Source: a bacterium (GTDB lineage Bacteria; Patescibacteriota; CG2-30-54-11; JBAXVQ01). From it: a DNA stretch of 64,000 bases. The translations under genes were made by a program, and so were the position numbers. The first letter of the stretch is position 1. Each line of letters starts with the position of its first letter. The notes under the pieces were generated by a model. It was not told where the DNA came from. It did not search any database and saw nothing but the letters and a program-made list of their open reading frames with translations. Below are positions 26,057-35,693 of this stretch, one piece after another. The stretch is taken from the NCBI GenBank assembly GCA_037128935.1, contig JBAXVQ010000003.1:1980-65979 (forward strand), given 5' to 3'.

Positions 26057-26188
26057 CGGTACAAACCTTTCACACGAAAGGGAAGCTCACGAAGCGAAGA
26101 AATTGGAACACGTAAAAATCCCTAGAAACCCCACAGTCATTGACAAACACCCCCTTCTCCGGTAGTGTAGGAATATGTCTTTTACAGC

Positions 26189-27214
26189 ATGGAGCTGCAC
26201 ATGATAATCGTTATGAAAGTCGGGGCACCATCGAAAGAAATTGATGCCGTATCCCAGTTTATCCGCGATGCTGGTCTTACCCCACACCCTATGATTGGTG
26301 TTGAGCGAACAGTCTTTGGCGTTATAGGTGATATTGATAAATCCTTTGAAGAACGAGTGCAGACTTTTGAAAGCGTAGATATCGTTCAGCGCGTGAGTAA
26401 GCCATACAAGCTTGCAAGCCGACAGGTCGCCACAAACGATTCTGTGGTGTATGTCGACGGTGTACCGGTTGGAGGGGAACATTTCACCGTGATCGCTGGA
26501 CCTTGCTCTGTCGAAACCGAAGAGCAGATCATTTCCACTGCCAAAGCCGTAAAAAAATCCGGCGCAAAATTACTTCGTGGTGGGGCCTACAAACCTCGCA
26601 CAGGCCCTTACGCATTTCACGGACTCGGTGAAGATGGTCTCAAACTTCTCGCCCTCGCCAAGAAAGAAACCGGACTCCCCATCGTTGCCGAAGTAAAAAC
26701 TCCTGCCCTCGTAGAACTCGCTTGCCAATATATTGATGCAATCCAGATCGGTGCTCGCAACATGCAAAACTACGACCTCCTGATCGAAGCCGGAAAGTCA
26801 GGAAAACCAGTCATTTTAAAACGCGGACTCTGGGCAACCTACGAAGAATGGCTTCTCGCCGCTGAGTACATCCTTTCCCAGAACAACCCCAATGTGATCC
26901 TCTGCGAACGAGGCATCCGCACCTTTGAAACCTATACACGCAACACATTCGATATCGCCGCTGTTTCCGTCATTCATGAGCTTTCCCACCTCCCCATCAT
27001 CACCGATCCAAGCCACGCCGTTGGCAAATGGAAATTTGTCGAACCGATGTCGATGGCTTCAGTCGCCGCAGGGGCAAACGGACTTATGATTGAAGTGCAC
27101 CCAAACCCGGATAAAGCCTTCTCCGACGGCAACCAGTCGCTCACGTTTGAAAATTTCGACAAACTCATGAACAACATAAAACCATTACTTCAGGTAATGA
27201 AAAAAAGCCTATGA
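26189..27214 (+). CDS. aroF: 3-deoxy-7-phosphoheptulonate (DAHP) synthase, type I-beta with N-terminal ferredoxin-like regulatory domain
   Basis: LLRGGAYKPRTGPYAFHGLG, GARNMQNYDLL and DPSHAVG motifs, preceded by a ~70 aa MIIVMK... domain as in Thermotoga-type enzymes. Confidence 0.9.
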   Translation: MELHMIIVMKVGAPSKEIDAVSQFIRDAGLTPHPMIGVERTVFGVIGDIDKSFEERVQTFESVDIVQRVSKPYKLASRQVATNDSVVYVDGVPVGGEHFTVIAGPCSVETEEQIISTAKAVKKSGAKLLRGGAYKPRTGPYAFHGLGEDGLKLLALAKKETGLPIVAEVKTPALVELACQYIDAIQIGARNMQNYDLLIEAGKSGKPVILKRGLWATYEEWLLAAEYILSQNNPNVILCERGIRTFETYTRNTFDIAAVSVIHELSHLPIITDPSHAVGKWKFVEPMSMASVAAGANGLMIEVHPNPDKAFSDGNQSLTFENFDKLMNNIKPLLQVMKKSL

Positions 27215-28089
27215 AACGCATACTTCTTTCAACACTAATTCTCGGTCTTATAGTTGCCACAACACCTAGTTTCGCTGCAGACAGCGCAACAAAAACTACC
27301 AAGATCAAGCAAAAGCTATTTACTAATGCACCACACTTCTCTGCCAATTATGTTGGAGTGAAAGGTGAAGTTGTTCCAATTACCATCGCCACCGTAAAAG
27401 GCAAAGTAAAAACATTTACCTCCCAAATCACCATCGCTGATGCGTTGAAGGAAAACAACATTCCTTTCTCAGCAGACGATGAAATTACTCCCCCAGTAAC
27501 CAACGTCGTTGCACCTGACATTGAAATAACCGTTGTTAAAGTTGAGATTCAAACAGTGACCAAAACCGAAGTGATTCCCTTCACAACGGAAACACAATTG
27601 GATACCTCGCTTAATCTAGGCGAGGAAAAACTAGTTCAGTCCGGCATCGATGGTGAAGCCATTATTGACTATCAGATCACTCTCAAGGATGGGGTAGAAG
27701 CTTCAAGAAAAGAATTGAAACGGAATGTAACAAAAGCTACCGTCACCAAAATTATTGCCCAAAAATACCCCTATCTAGGATCAGGAGATGCCACATTTTA
27801 CGGATCCAGTTGGACTGTCGACAAGTTCGTTTGGTATCGCAGGAAATTTGCCACTAGTGGAAACAAATTTGCAGCGCATCGCACACTTCCTCTAGGAACA
27901 AAAGTATTAGTAGTCAATGATTACAAAGGCCGTTACTACGGTAAATCAATAGTAGTCAGCATTCTCGATCGCGGACCTGAGCGACCAGATCGCATTATCG
28001 ATCTTTCCTATTGGGCTTTTGATGCCATTTCCAATCCAGCCGCCGGATCAACCCCAGTAAAAATCTACAAAGTTGCAGATTATCAATAA
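27211..28089 (+). CDS. Secreted G5-domain / RlpA-like double-psi beta-barrel (3D-type) cell-wall protein
   Basis: Signal peptide, a G5-like segment (EEKLVQSGIDGEAIIDYQITLKDG), and a C-terminal GDATFYG...AAHRTLPLGTKVLVVN...DRGPERPDRIIDLSYWAF segment like RlpA. Confidence 0.7.
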   Translation: MKRILLSTLILGLIVATTPSFAADSATKTTKIKQKLFTNAPHFSANYVGVKGEVVPITIATVKGKVKTFTSQITIADALKENNIPFSADDEITPPVTNVVAPDIEITVVKVEIQTVTKTEVIPFTTETQLDTSLNLGEEKLVQSGIDGEAIIDYQITLKDGVEASRKELKRNVTKATVTKIIAQKYPYLGSGDATFYGSSWTVDKFVWYRRKFATSGNKFAAHRTLPLGTKVLVVNDYKGRYYGKSIVVSILDRGPERPDRIIDLSYWAFDAISNPAAGSTPVKIYKVADYQ

Positions 28090-28096
28090 CCCCACT

Positions 28097-28903
28097 ATGG
28101 ATCGTTTCCACGCAAAAAAATCCCTCGGTCAGAATTTTCTGATCGACAACAATATCCTCTCCATCATCGCCCACGAATCCGAACTGAACGACACTGATGT
28201 TGTTGTCGAAGTTGGCCCAGGGCAGGGAGCGTTAACTCAAGTACTGGCAGAGAAAGCCAAACAAGTCATCGCTTTCGAAATCGACGGCCGCCTCATCCCG
28301 ATCCTTGAAGAAAAGTTTGGGCAAAACGAAAAGATAACCATCATTCATCAGGATGCCGTCTCAGTAGACCTTGACGCTTTTTTAAAAAGCTCAGGAATCA
28401 CGACGTACAAGTTTGTTGCCAATCTCCCCTACTCAGTAGGCACTACCGTTTTACAACGGTTTTTACGCACTTCCAACCATCCGCAGTTGAGCCTGCTCAT
28501 GCTGCAGCGAGAAGTAGGAGAAAAGATTGTAGCCCAAGCTCCAGAGATGAGTTATCTCGCCACCTTTGTGCAACTTTTCGGAAAAGCCGAATTAGTGAAA
28601 CGCGTATCCCGCAACTGCTTCAACCCCAAACCCAAAGTCGAGTCCGTTCTCATAAAAATCATCCCCCACAAAAAGCCCCTACTGCCTTTGGAAAAGCTAG
28701 AGCTTTTCCTTACCCTAGTGAAAGCCGGCTTTTCCAGAAAACGAAAAATGCTCCTCCCCGTACTGGCATCAGTGTTCAAAATCTCGCAGGGTGATCTCGC
28801 CCAAGCCTTCGCAGAAGCAGCAATAAATCCGCAAAGTAGACCACAGGAAATAGTGGTTGGGCAATGGCTTACACTTTTCAGTCTTTTAGAAAATCAACTT
28901 TAG
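28097..28903 (+). CDS. rsmA: 16S rRNA (adenine1518/1519-N6)-dimethyltransferase
   Basis: KKSLGQNFL, VVEVGPGQGALT and ANLPYSVGT motifs. Start at ATG 28097 rather than the track start 28073. Confidence 0.9.
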   Translation: MDRFHAKKSLGQNFLIDNNILSIIAHESELNDTDVVVEVGPGQGALTQVLAEKAKQVIAFEIDGRLIPILEEKFGQNEKITIIHQDAVSVDLDAFLKSSGITTYKFVANLPYSVGTTVLQRFLRTSNHPQLSLLMLQREVGEKIVAQAPEMSYLATFVQLFGKAELVKRVSRNCFNPKPKVESVLIKIIPHKKPLLPLEKLELFLTLVKAGFSRKRKMLLPVLASVFKISQGDLAQAFAEAAINPQSRPQEIVVGQWLTLFSLLENQL

Positions 28904-28958
28904 CTTTATACTAGTAAAGTGGTTGAACGCCCATTGGTTCATTCACAGCAGTTTTTAT

Positions 28959-29034
28959 GGTGGTCGTAGCTCAATGGTAGAGCACCGGGTTGTGGTCCCG
29001 GTGGTTGTGGGTTCGAGCCCCATCGACCACCCCA
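28959..29034 (+). tRNA. tRNA-His (GTG) with encoded G-1 and 3' CCA
   Basis: Cloverleaf folded by hand: G-1 (28959) opposite C73, acceptor GTGGTCG/CGACCAC, anticodon arm CCGGG-TTGTGGT-CCCGG, T arm GTGGG-TTCGAGC-CCCAT. Confidence 0.9.
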
Positions 29035-29078
29035 TTCCTCTGTAACAGATTAGCTAGTCTACTCTGAAAGTTACTAGT

Positions 29079-29423
29079 TTGAAAAAAAATCATTTTTTTA
29101 GCATTATTTTTCTGTTTGCTATTGCAGCGTGTTGCAGTAGCGTAACCTACGCCATAGCACCTCCTGATTTTTTATTTACGGTGGCAACCTATTTCTGGCA
29201 GCTATTCTCCTTTCTTTTCGCTATTTCACTAGGTCTTGGAAGTTTTTTCCTCCTAAATGTGAAGTCGCTCTATCAGTATTTTAGAAAAAGACCATTGTTG
29301 TTTATTGCAGCAATTATCCTTCTTGTTTCCTTTTGCGCCATAGTTGCCTACGTCTACGATCAGTCGCTCCAAAAAAATGCCTACGAGACATGGTTGCAAC
29401 AGCAGCAACAACTAACCCCATAA
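29079..29423 (+). CDS. Hypothetical small membrane protein
   Basis: 114 aa, TTG start, 3 TM helices, Gln-rich tail. Confidence 0.4.
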   Translation: MKKNHFFSIIFLFAIAACCSSVTYAIAPPDFLFTVATYFWQLFSFLFAISLGLGSFFLLNVKSLYQYFRKRPLLFIAAIILLVSFCAIVAYVYDQSLQKNAYETWLQQQQQLTP

Positions 29424-29430
29424 ATTTTTT

Positions 29431-30537
29431 ATGTTGAAAAAAAATATCATTGGCATCTTCTTAGTCCTACTCGGTGTAGCAATAACCTTAACAACCCAGC
29501 AAATACTCGCTATTAAAGGGATCACGCTTGAGTTGCCTTTTGCCAAACCCACTCCTACTGCAACCGTAGAAAGTACCGCAACACCTCTCCCTTTCACTCC
29601 GACACCCCTAGCAACTTTGGTTACAACACGAGATAAACCAATTCAAATGGAAAAAATAGATTGGGAAGGAAACCCATCTGCACAGAGGAATTTTCGTGGC
29701 ACAATGTTGATTGTTTCGGGTAAGGATAGCCAAGGCCGAGACATGGTATTTCAGGCCGAACTCAACCGCAAACAAGAAGCAGATAAAGGTGGATACCTGC
29801 ATTATTATTGGTTTCATGGGCTTGTGGCAGGAGAACACATCTCTAAATCACAGAATAGTTACCGAGACAAAGTTGCCATAACAACAGGGGAGCTTGTCTC
29901 GCAATATGATACCTATATTGCAAGTGATTTTTCCTCACGTGAAAAAATAGAAGCGACCTTTCTCCTCAATGAGGGAAAGAAACTTTCCCTGCACGTCCAA
30001 GGATTTCAAGGTGATTTCATTATTAAAAATACACCAGAGTACACTGAATATGTTGACTTGGGCACAGCTACAGTTGATTACGGCGGAGAAACCATTCCGG
30101 CTAGAGCCTGCCTGTTTTCTATCGCCAGCATGGACTATAGTGTTGCTTTATTTCCTTTTCGAGAAGGCAAAGAAATTGCAACAGTTCATGAATTTTGGCT
30201 GTGGGATGACGAAGGAGATTTTTATGTAATCGGCAAAGGCATCGTAAACAACCCTGTGCCTCGCCGAGCTTCGCATGAGTTATCACTGTATCGAGAAGAA
30301 GCCACGGGAAAGCGGGAGAAAGGGTTTCAAGTCGGTCTAGATTTTTCCCAACAGCAGGGTAAAATCAACTGGAATATTGCCCTACCAGATCTCCACGGAG
30401 ACACGTTTACTTTGGAGGCAGCAAATCCAATAACGGCAAATCAGGATAGAGGATTGGTTCGTGGGGTATTGAAGAAAAAGGCAGGGGCAGAAACAAAGAC
30501 CGTACAAGGATTTTACGTGTTTATACAAAGTCAGTAG
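29431..30537 (+). CDS. Hypothetical membrane-anchored extracytoplasmic protein
   Basis: 368 aa. N-terminal TM anchor, Thr/Pro linker, then a ~280 aa beta-rich-looking domain. No family recognised with confidence. Confidence 0.45.
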   Translation: MLKKNIIGIFLVLLGVAITLTTQQILAIKGITLELPFAKPTPTATVESTATPLPFTPTPLATLVTTRDKPIQMEKIDWEGNPSAQRNFRGTMLIVSGKDSQGRDMVFQAELNRKQEADKGGYLHYYWFHGLVAGEHISKSQNSYRDKVAITTGELVSQYDTYIASDFSSREKIEATFLLNEGKKLSLHVQGFQGDFIIKNTPEYTEYVDLGTATVDYGGETIPARACLFSIASMDYSVALFPFREGKEIATVHEFWLWDDEGDFYVIGKGIVNNPVPRRASHELSLYREEATGKREKGFQVGLDFSQQQGKINWNIALPDLHGDTFTLEAANPITANQDRGLVRGVLKKKAGAETKTVQGFYVFIQSQ

Positions 30538-30582
30538 GAGATTATCCCTATCGCAACCCTCTATAAATCCGCTCTCACAGAA

Positions 30583-31815
30583 ATGGTTCCGCACCCTACG
30601 CCGCTCATGTTGAGCTTGCTTCACTCTTTTTATGCTGATAATGGTCCTGTAGAACGGGTGTATGCGCGTCTTGGGATCTCATTCAACTTTCAAGATTTTT
30701 TTGTTGTGCAACAGGGCGAACTCTTTATCGATAGGAAGAAAGAGCTCGCCTCATTTTTCCCCCTCACCTCAGTTTCATTGAGAAAAGCAGGAGCAAAGAC
30801 CTTTCTAAAGCACCTTTGGATAACCCTCAATAACGGAGTGCGATTAACATTTTTCTTCAAAACGAGACCACTCGATGAGCTTACTTATGAACTACTAACC
30901 GCCGTAACAAAATCTGCTGATGGAGAAGATTTTTCAGGTTGCTTACGCCAATTTTTATTACTCTACGAAACGATCATTGAAGTAAACATTCAAACGGATA
31001 GGATTGTAAAAAAATCATTGGCATTGCTCGGGAAAGATGCATTATCGCACATCGGCAAACCGATACTTCCTTCACTACCTAATCTGGAGAGCCTTGGTAT
31101 GCACACCTGGTTGGGAAATGGCATTGATATTGCTGATGAGCATCCATTTGTGCACAGCAACTCCGCAGAGGTACCTGTTGCAAAAGAAAATGAGAAACCA
31201 TGTACAATGCCACATCACAAAGCTGCAATTACTGCTGCGCAGCGAGCCTTGGGAGTTCGAGAGTTTGGGCGTTGGGTTACTGTCCGCTGGGTTACTATTT
31301 TGCGTGGAAAGCTTTTTGCTATTGCAGATAGATTGCAGTTATCTTCACCGCAGCTACTGTATTTTGCCACGCTTGAAGAAATACTAGCTGAACGAGTACA
31401 TGAGGAAGTTTGTAAAGAAAGAAAAGTTACATATGAACAACATTTCCAATCTCGAAAGAGCCAATCACCGTCTGCATCCAGCACCAAAGAAAAAATATCA
31501 TTAAAAAATGTTTCTCCAGGAAATGCTAGAGGAGTACTTTGTTCTCTTGATCAGTTGGAGAAATTTTCAAAACAACGAGACTGTATCCTGTGCACAGATC
31601 AGTTAACACCTGATTTAGTCACCGTATTTCCTCTTATAAAAGGAATTTTATCTCTACATGGTGGTATTTTATCTCATGTAGCCATTGTTGCCCGTGAGGT
31701 TGGTATCCCTGTTATTTGTGGGGTTACACCTTCTCAATTGGGTCTTACTCTGGGAGATGAGGTGGTGTTGGATAGCAGTAAAACAAACAGCATTATTACC
31801 AAAGGAAGGGAATGA
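30583..31815 (+). CDS. PEP-utilizing-enzyme homolog with C-terminal swivel phosphohistidine domain, lacking the ATP-grasp domain
   Basis: C-terminal GGILSHVAIVAREVGIPVICGV is the PEP-utilizer mobile-domain His motif. The N-terminus starts at the PTPLMLSLL segment that follows the ATP-grasp domain in PpsA/rifampin-phosphotransferase-like proteins. Confidence 0.6.
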   Translation: MVPHPTPLMLSLLHSFYADNGPVERVYARLGISFNFQDFFVVQQGELFIDRKKELASFFPLTSVSLRKAGAKTFLKHLWITLNNGVRLTFFFKTRPLDELTYELLTAVTKSADGEDFSGCLRQFLLLYETIIEVNIQTDRIVKKSLALLGKDALSHIGKPILPSLPNLESLGMHTWLGNGIDIADEHPFVHSNSAEVPVAKENEKPCTMPHHKAAITAAQRALGVREFGRWVTVRWVTILRGKLFAIADRLQLSSPQLLYFATLEEILAERVHEEVCKERKVTYEQHFQSRKSQSPSASSTKEKISLKNVSPGNARGVLCSLDQLEKFSKQRDCILCTDQLTPDLVTVFPLIKGILSLHGGILSHVAIVAREVGIPVICGVTPSQLGLTLGDEVVLDSSKTNSIITKGRE

Positions 31816-32470
31816 GACGGTATGGTGTCTTCTCACAATACTCTTTATATGCAGGGAAAGTAGAAAGCAACATCCGTTCTTCTCTGGTAATCCTCATCAC
31901 AATGAGCAGTGGCAAAGGGAGAAGCGCGATCAGTGCCCAATATGATCCAAGAATTACTGGCGATGCTCCATAGGTCATCACAACAGCAAGATACATTGGG
32001 TGCCTCACTGAGGCGTAGGGACCATTGGTGACAATACGTTGATCTTTTTCGACTTCAATAACACTTGCTGCATAGGCATTGGTTAGTACCACCCAAGCGT
32101 AGAGACCATATCCGAGTAAAAATATGATAACAGCAACGATGATTACCCCTACTGAAACAGAAGACCACCCGAATTTACTATCAAATCCAGGTACAAAAAA
32201 GGCAATAAGGAACATAAGAGAAGAGAGCATAGAAATTAGTTTCTGATCGGCATCTTTTTCTTTGGTTTTTAGCCTTCTTTCTAAACTCTCGGGATTGCTA
32301 AAGAAAAGATAGATAAACAAGGTAATAGTAGGGATAAAAAGCACTAAACAATACAGCCATGCTTGCCAGTATAGAAAAGATCCCTTAGGAACGAAAAGTA
32401 AAACCATGAGACCTACTACAGCGAACAGTACTTTTCCAAACACCTCGAGCAGTAGTTTTTGTTTATTCAT
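31796..32470 (-). CDS. Isoprenylcysteine carboxyl methyltransferase (ICMT)-family membrane methyltransferase
   Basis: IVTNGPYASVRHPMYLAVV and EERMLLSTFPAYKEYCEKTPYRLIPFLW are typical of ICMT/PEMT-type enzymes. Start placed at ATG 32470. Confidence 0.75.
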   Translation of the reverse strand: MNKQKLLLEVFGKVLFAVVGLMVLLFVPKGSFLYWQAWLYCLVLFIPTITLFIYLFFSNPESLERRLKTKEKDADQKLISMLSSLMFLIAFFVPGFDSKFGWSSVSVGVIIVAVIIFLLGYGLYAWVVLTNAYAASVIEVEKDQRIVTNGPYASVRHPMYLAVVMTYGASPVILGSYWALIALLPLPLLIVMRITREERMLLSTFPAYKEYCEKTPYRLIPFLW

Positions 32471-32707
32471 AGAATGGGAAATGCAGTATTTGAAATTCAT
32501 TCAATGCCTTGATTTCGACCAGTAGTATTGTAATGTGATTTTGACATATGAAATCGATACTGTCATTACGAGTGAGTCCACGAGCGTAGTAACCCCACCG
32601 GGTTAATATACCCCAAGGGATTGCCTCATCGCAAAAGCCCTCCCAACAACATTTATACGTCGAACTCACGTTAAATAAACAGCACAATCCCCCAAAAGGA
32701 GAAAAAA

Positions 32708-33778
32708 ATGCCCCTCAACCTTTTCAGCTACGCCACCCACTCCCCCACAGACGCCCTAACCCCGCATCAAATCACTCGCCGTGACCCACGTCCCGATGAC
32801 GTGGTTATCGAAATCCTCTACTGCGGAGTTTGCCACTCCGACCTCCACCAAGCCCGCAACGACTGGGGCGGCAGTAAATATCCCTTGGTTCCTGGACATG
32901 AGATTGTCGGTCGTGTCACCAGTGTTGGTGCCGACGTGAAACAGTTCAAAACAGGTGATGCTGTCGGTGTTGGTTGTTTGGTTGACTCCTGTCAGCAGTG
33001 TCCATCCTGTGCACAAGGATTGGAACAATATTGCCATCAGGCAGCAACGCCCACCTACAACGGAACCGACCGCCACGACGGCATGCCAACGTACGGTGGC
33101 TACTCCGAAAAAATCATCGTATCCGACAAGTTTGTAGTAAAAGTCCCTGACAATCTCGAATTAAACGCCGTCGCCCCCTTACTCTGTGCCGGAATCACCA
33201 CATGGTCGCCCCTTCGCCACTGGAAAGTCGGAAAGGGCAGCAACGTTGCCGTTATCGGCCTCGGCGGACTAGGACACATGGCGTTAAAATTGGCAAAAGC
33301 TCTCGGTGCTAGCGTTTCACTCTTCACCCGCTCATCCGGCAAAGAACAGGACGCACTTCGCCTCGGAGCTGACACCGTTATTCTTTCCACGGACACTACA
33401 CAGATGGCAGCACAGCAAAGAAAATTTGACCTCATCATCGATACCGTACCCTACGCCCATGACCTCAATCCCTACCTACCGACACTTTCCGTAAACGGCA
33501 CTCTCGTACTGGTTGGGCTTCTCGGCAATCTCGAACCAGCACTCAGCACTGTCCCTCTCATCATGGGCAGAAAATCAGTCGCCGGTTCAGTCATCGGCGG
33601 TATTGCCGAAACACAAGAAATGCTCGACTTCTGCGGGCAGCACAACATCACAGCAGACATTGAAATGATAAAGATCCAAGAAATAAACGAAGCCTACGAA
33701 CGCATGCTCAAAAGCGATGTGAAGTACCGCTTCGTTATTGATATGGCATCACTCAAAGCTGAAAAACAAAGCGCATAG
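32708..33778 (+). CDS. Zinc-dependent NAD(P) alcohol dehydrogenase (YahK / cinnamyl-ADH type)
   Basis: GVCHSDLH, GHEIVG, the structural-zinc CxxCxxCxxxxxxxC block and GLGGLGH Rossmann motif. Confidence 0.9.
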   Translation: MPLNLFSYATHSPTDALTPHQITRRDPRPDDVVIEILYCGVCHSDLHQARNDWGGSKYPLVPGHEIVGRVTSVGADVKQFKTGDAVGVGCLVDSCQQCPSCAQGLEQYCHQAATPTYNGTDRHDGMPTYGGYSEKIIVSDKFVVKVPDNLELNAVAPLLCAGITTWSPLRHWKVGKGSNVAVIGLGGLGHMALKLAKALGASVSLFTRSSGKEQDALRLGADTVILSTDTTQMAAQQRKFDLIIDTVPYAHDLNPYLPTLSVNGTLVLVGLLGNLEPALSTVPLIMGRKSVAGSVIGGIAETQEMLDFCGQHNITADIEMIKIQEINEAYERMLKSDVKYRFVIDMASLKAEKQSA

Positions 33779-33847
33779 CAGCTCCCTTGTACGGAACAAA
33801 CATCTTTGTTCCCCACGCGGATGGGGTGTTCAGGAGCATCGGTTCTT

Positions 33848-33959
33848 GTGTCATCCTGAGCGAAGTCCTCGAAGTCGAAGGATCTCTTCGAACACTTTCA
33901 GGGTAACAGTACCCCACCCTACTACGAAGAGATCCTTCACAAAAGTCTTAGGATGACAC
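33848..33959 (+). repeat. MITE-like hairpin element, family 1, copy c
   Basis: The first 47 nt are nearly identical to copy b. Termini GTGTCATCCTGAG / CTTAGGATGACAC. Confidence 0.85.
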
Positions 33960-34022
33960 CAGTAGGAGCTTTGATACGTTCACACAATGTTGCTTACACC
34001 CAACTCACGCTACACTATACCC

Positions 34023-35693
34023 ATGAACCACCCAAGCAAAAACTTCAATTCTTTTGTGACCAAATGCAAACAATGGATCACTTCCCCCCTCGCAAACAAC
34101 CACCTCCGTTTGCTCTCTTTGTTCGTTTTTCTTACATCTCTAGTAATCGGCTTTGGTACGAGAATTGTCGCTGTTTTTCAGGATACAGAATCGTTTGGAG
34201 ATGTGGCGAGAGACTTGTACGTCTACCAAGGAATGTGGAAAGGAACTTTTCCACTACTCGGGCCAGAATCTTCTTTTGGGCTCTTTCACTTGCCACCCTT
34301 GTATTACTATCTTGTTTGGCCGTTCACCATCTTTAGCCCAAATCCTATCTGGCCGGCTCTAGTCAGCGCCGCATTATCATTTCTCTCTATTCCTCTGTTC
34401 GCCTTTCTCGTCTACAAACTCTTGCAAGGAACGCAGAAAGAATACAGATTTTTCTTATCAGCCCTAGCAGGGCTCTGGTGGAGTTGCCTATTTCCCGATG
34501 TTCTACTTGCCAACCGAGCATGGAACCCGTCACCCAGCAGTTTCTTTCTCTTTGCCTTTATTCTTACCTGGAACTGGCTCTGGGAAAGCATCCCAAATTA
34601 CACCAACCCTGTTAAAAACACAGCGCAGCCGAGCCCAAAAAAGCAATTACTTTTCACAAGAAGTACCTTGCTTTGGGCACTTTACGGTTTTCTTTTTAGC
34701 TTGCTAACAAGCATGCACTCCAGTCTTTGGTTTCTTCTCCCACTCTTATTTATCGGAACACTGCTGCTATTTTCCTACGCAAAAAGAAACTATATTGGCC
34801 CAGTGATTTCACTTCTTGTCTCCACTCTTTTTGCGCTCCCTTATCTTGTTGGGGAAAGCAACTCATCCTGGGGAAACACAAAGAAGTTAGTTGAGGTGCT
34901 TACTACCCAATCAACAAAAAGCACATTATTCAGCGTTATAGATCGGCTCTTTTTCACCTTGTTTGAGAACAGCAAACTCGCCTATTTTTTTATACCAAAC
35001 CTCTTTGTATTTGCTTGTTTTTTTGTAACGGTAGTAGCCCTTCTCAGCCTTCTTTCTTTCAAGGGAAATAAAACAATCTACTACAGTTTTATTTGGCTCT
35101 ACGGATTGTTTTTGCTCATAGCAGCAAATTTTCAAGGACCACTGTATATTCACTATTTACTCCCGATATGTTCGTTACCTGTAACTGCTTCACTCACAGC
35201 ATTGGCCTATTTTCCTTTTAACAGGAACGTTTTGACAAAGTTACTAGCAGGTTTTATTATCTTTTCTCTTCTGCTTTCTTTCTATGCAAATATGCATAAT
35301 CTCAAAGCGTATCTTTCGGCAAAATATGGGCCAGTGCGGTTGGTAAACACGCAGGATATCATCGATGCAATCAAAGAAATTCCAACTAGATCGATAGTGT
35401 GTGTAGATCCACGATACCTAGAGAGTTATCACTATATTGACGAGTTTATAACAAAAAATAAGATTGTCTGGCATCGTTACGGTGATTGTCAGCAAAGTCA
35501 GATATATTTGTTAAGGAACTATGCTCTTGATATCAAGAGCATTGATATTCCTCACGATCCAAGACAGCAAAGCACTTTTTACTACAACTACATCCATACA
35601 GGCCCCGTAAAACAGACAATGTCAGAAAGCGGCTGGGTGTTCTGGAAAGAGGTGGGGAATCATCAGGTGTTTAAGGCTGTTGGACAGGGTTGA
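34023..35693 (+). CDS. Polytopic membrane glycosyltransferase, GT39/ArnT-like
   Basis: At least 12 TM helices. The N-terminal DLYVYQGMW...LLGPESSFGLFHLPPLYYYL block resembles the first-loop motif of ArnT/PMT-family enzymes. Start at ATG 34023. Confidence 0.5.
   Translation: MNHPSKNFNSFVTKCKQWITSPLANNHLRLLSLFVFLTSLVIGFGTRIVAVFQDTESFGDVARDLYVYQGMWKGTFPLLGPESSFGLFHLPPLYYYLVWPFTIFSPNPIWPALVSAALSFLSIPLFAFLVYKLLQGTQKEYRFFLSALAGLWWSCLFPDVLLANRAWNPSPSSFFLFAFILTWNWLWESIPNYTNPVKNTAQPSPKKQLLFTRSTLLWALYGFLFSLLTSMHSSLWFLLPLLFIGTLLLFSYAKRNYIGPVISLLVSTLFALPYLVGESNSSWGNTKKLVEVLTTQSTKSTLFSVIDRLFFTLFENSKLAYFFIPNLFVFACFFVTVVALLSLLSFKGNKTIYYSFIWLYGLFLLIAANFQGPLYIHYLLPICSLPVTASLTALAYFPFNRNVLTKLLAGFIIFSLLLSFYANMHNLKAYLSAKYGPVRLVNTQDIIDAIKEIPTRSIVCVDPRYLESYHYIDEFITKNKIVWHRYGDCQQSQIYLLRNYALDIKSIDIPHDPRQQSTFYYNYIHTGPVKQTMSESGWVFWKEVGNHQVFKAVGQG

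Noticed and set aside
29431-31815. Possible single 795 aa protein by read-through of TAG 30535-30537, since both ORFs are in the same frame.
   Set aside because: The upstream protein has a signal anchor and no ATP-grasp features, so a fusion would not reconstitute a known PEP-utilizer architecture. Sharing a frame has a one-in-three chance. No evidence for stop-codon reassignment elsewhere in the window.
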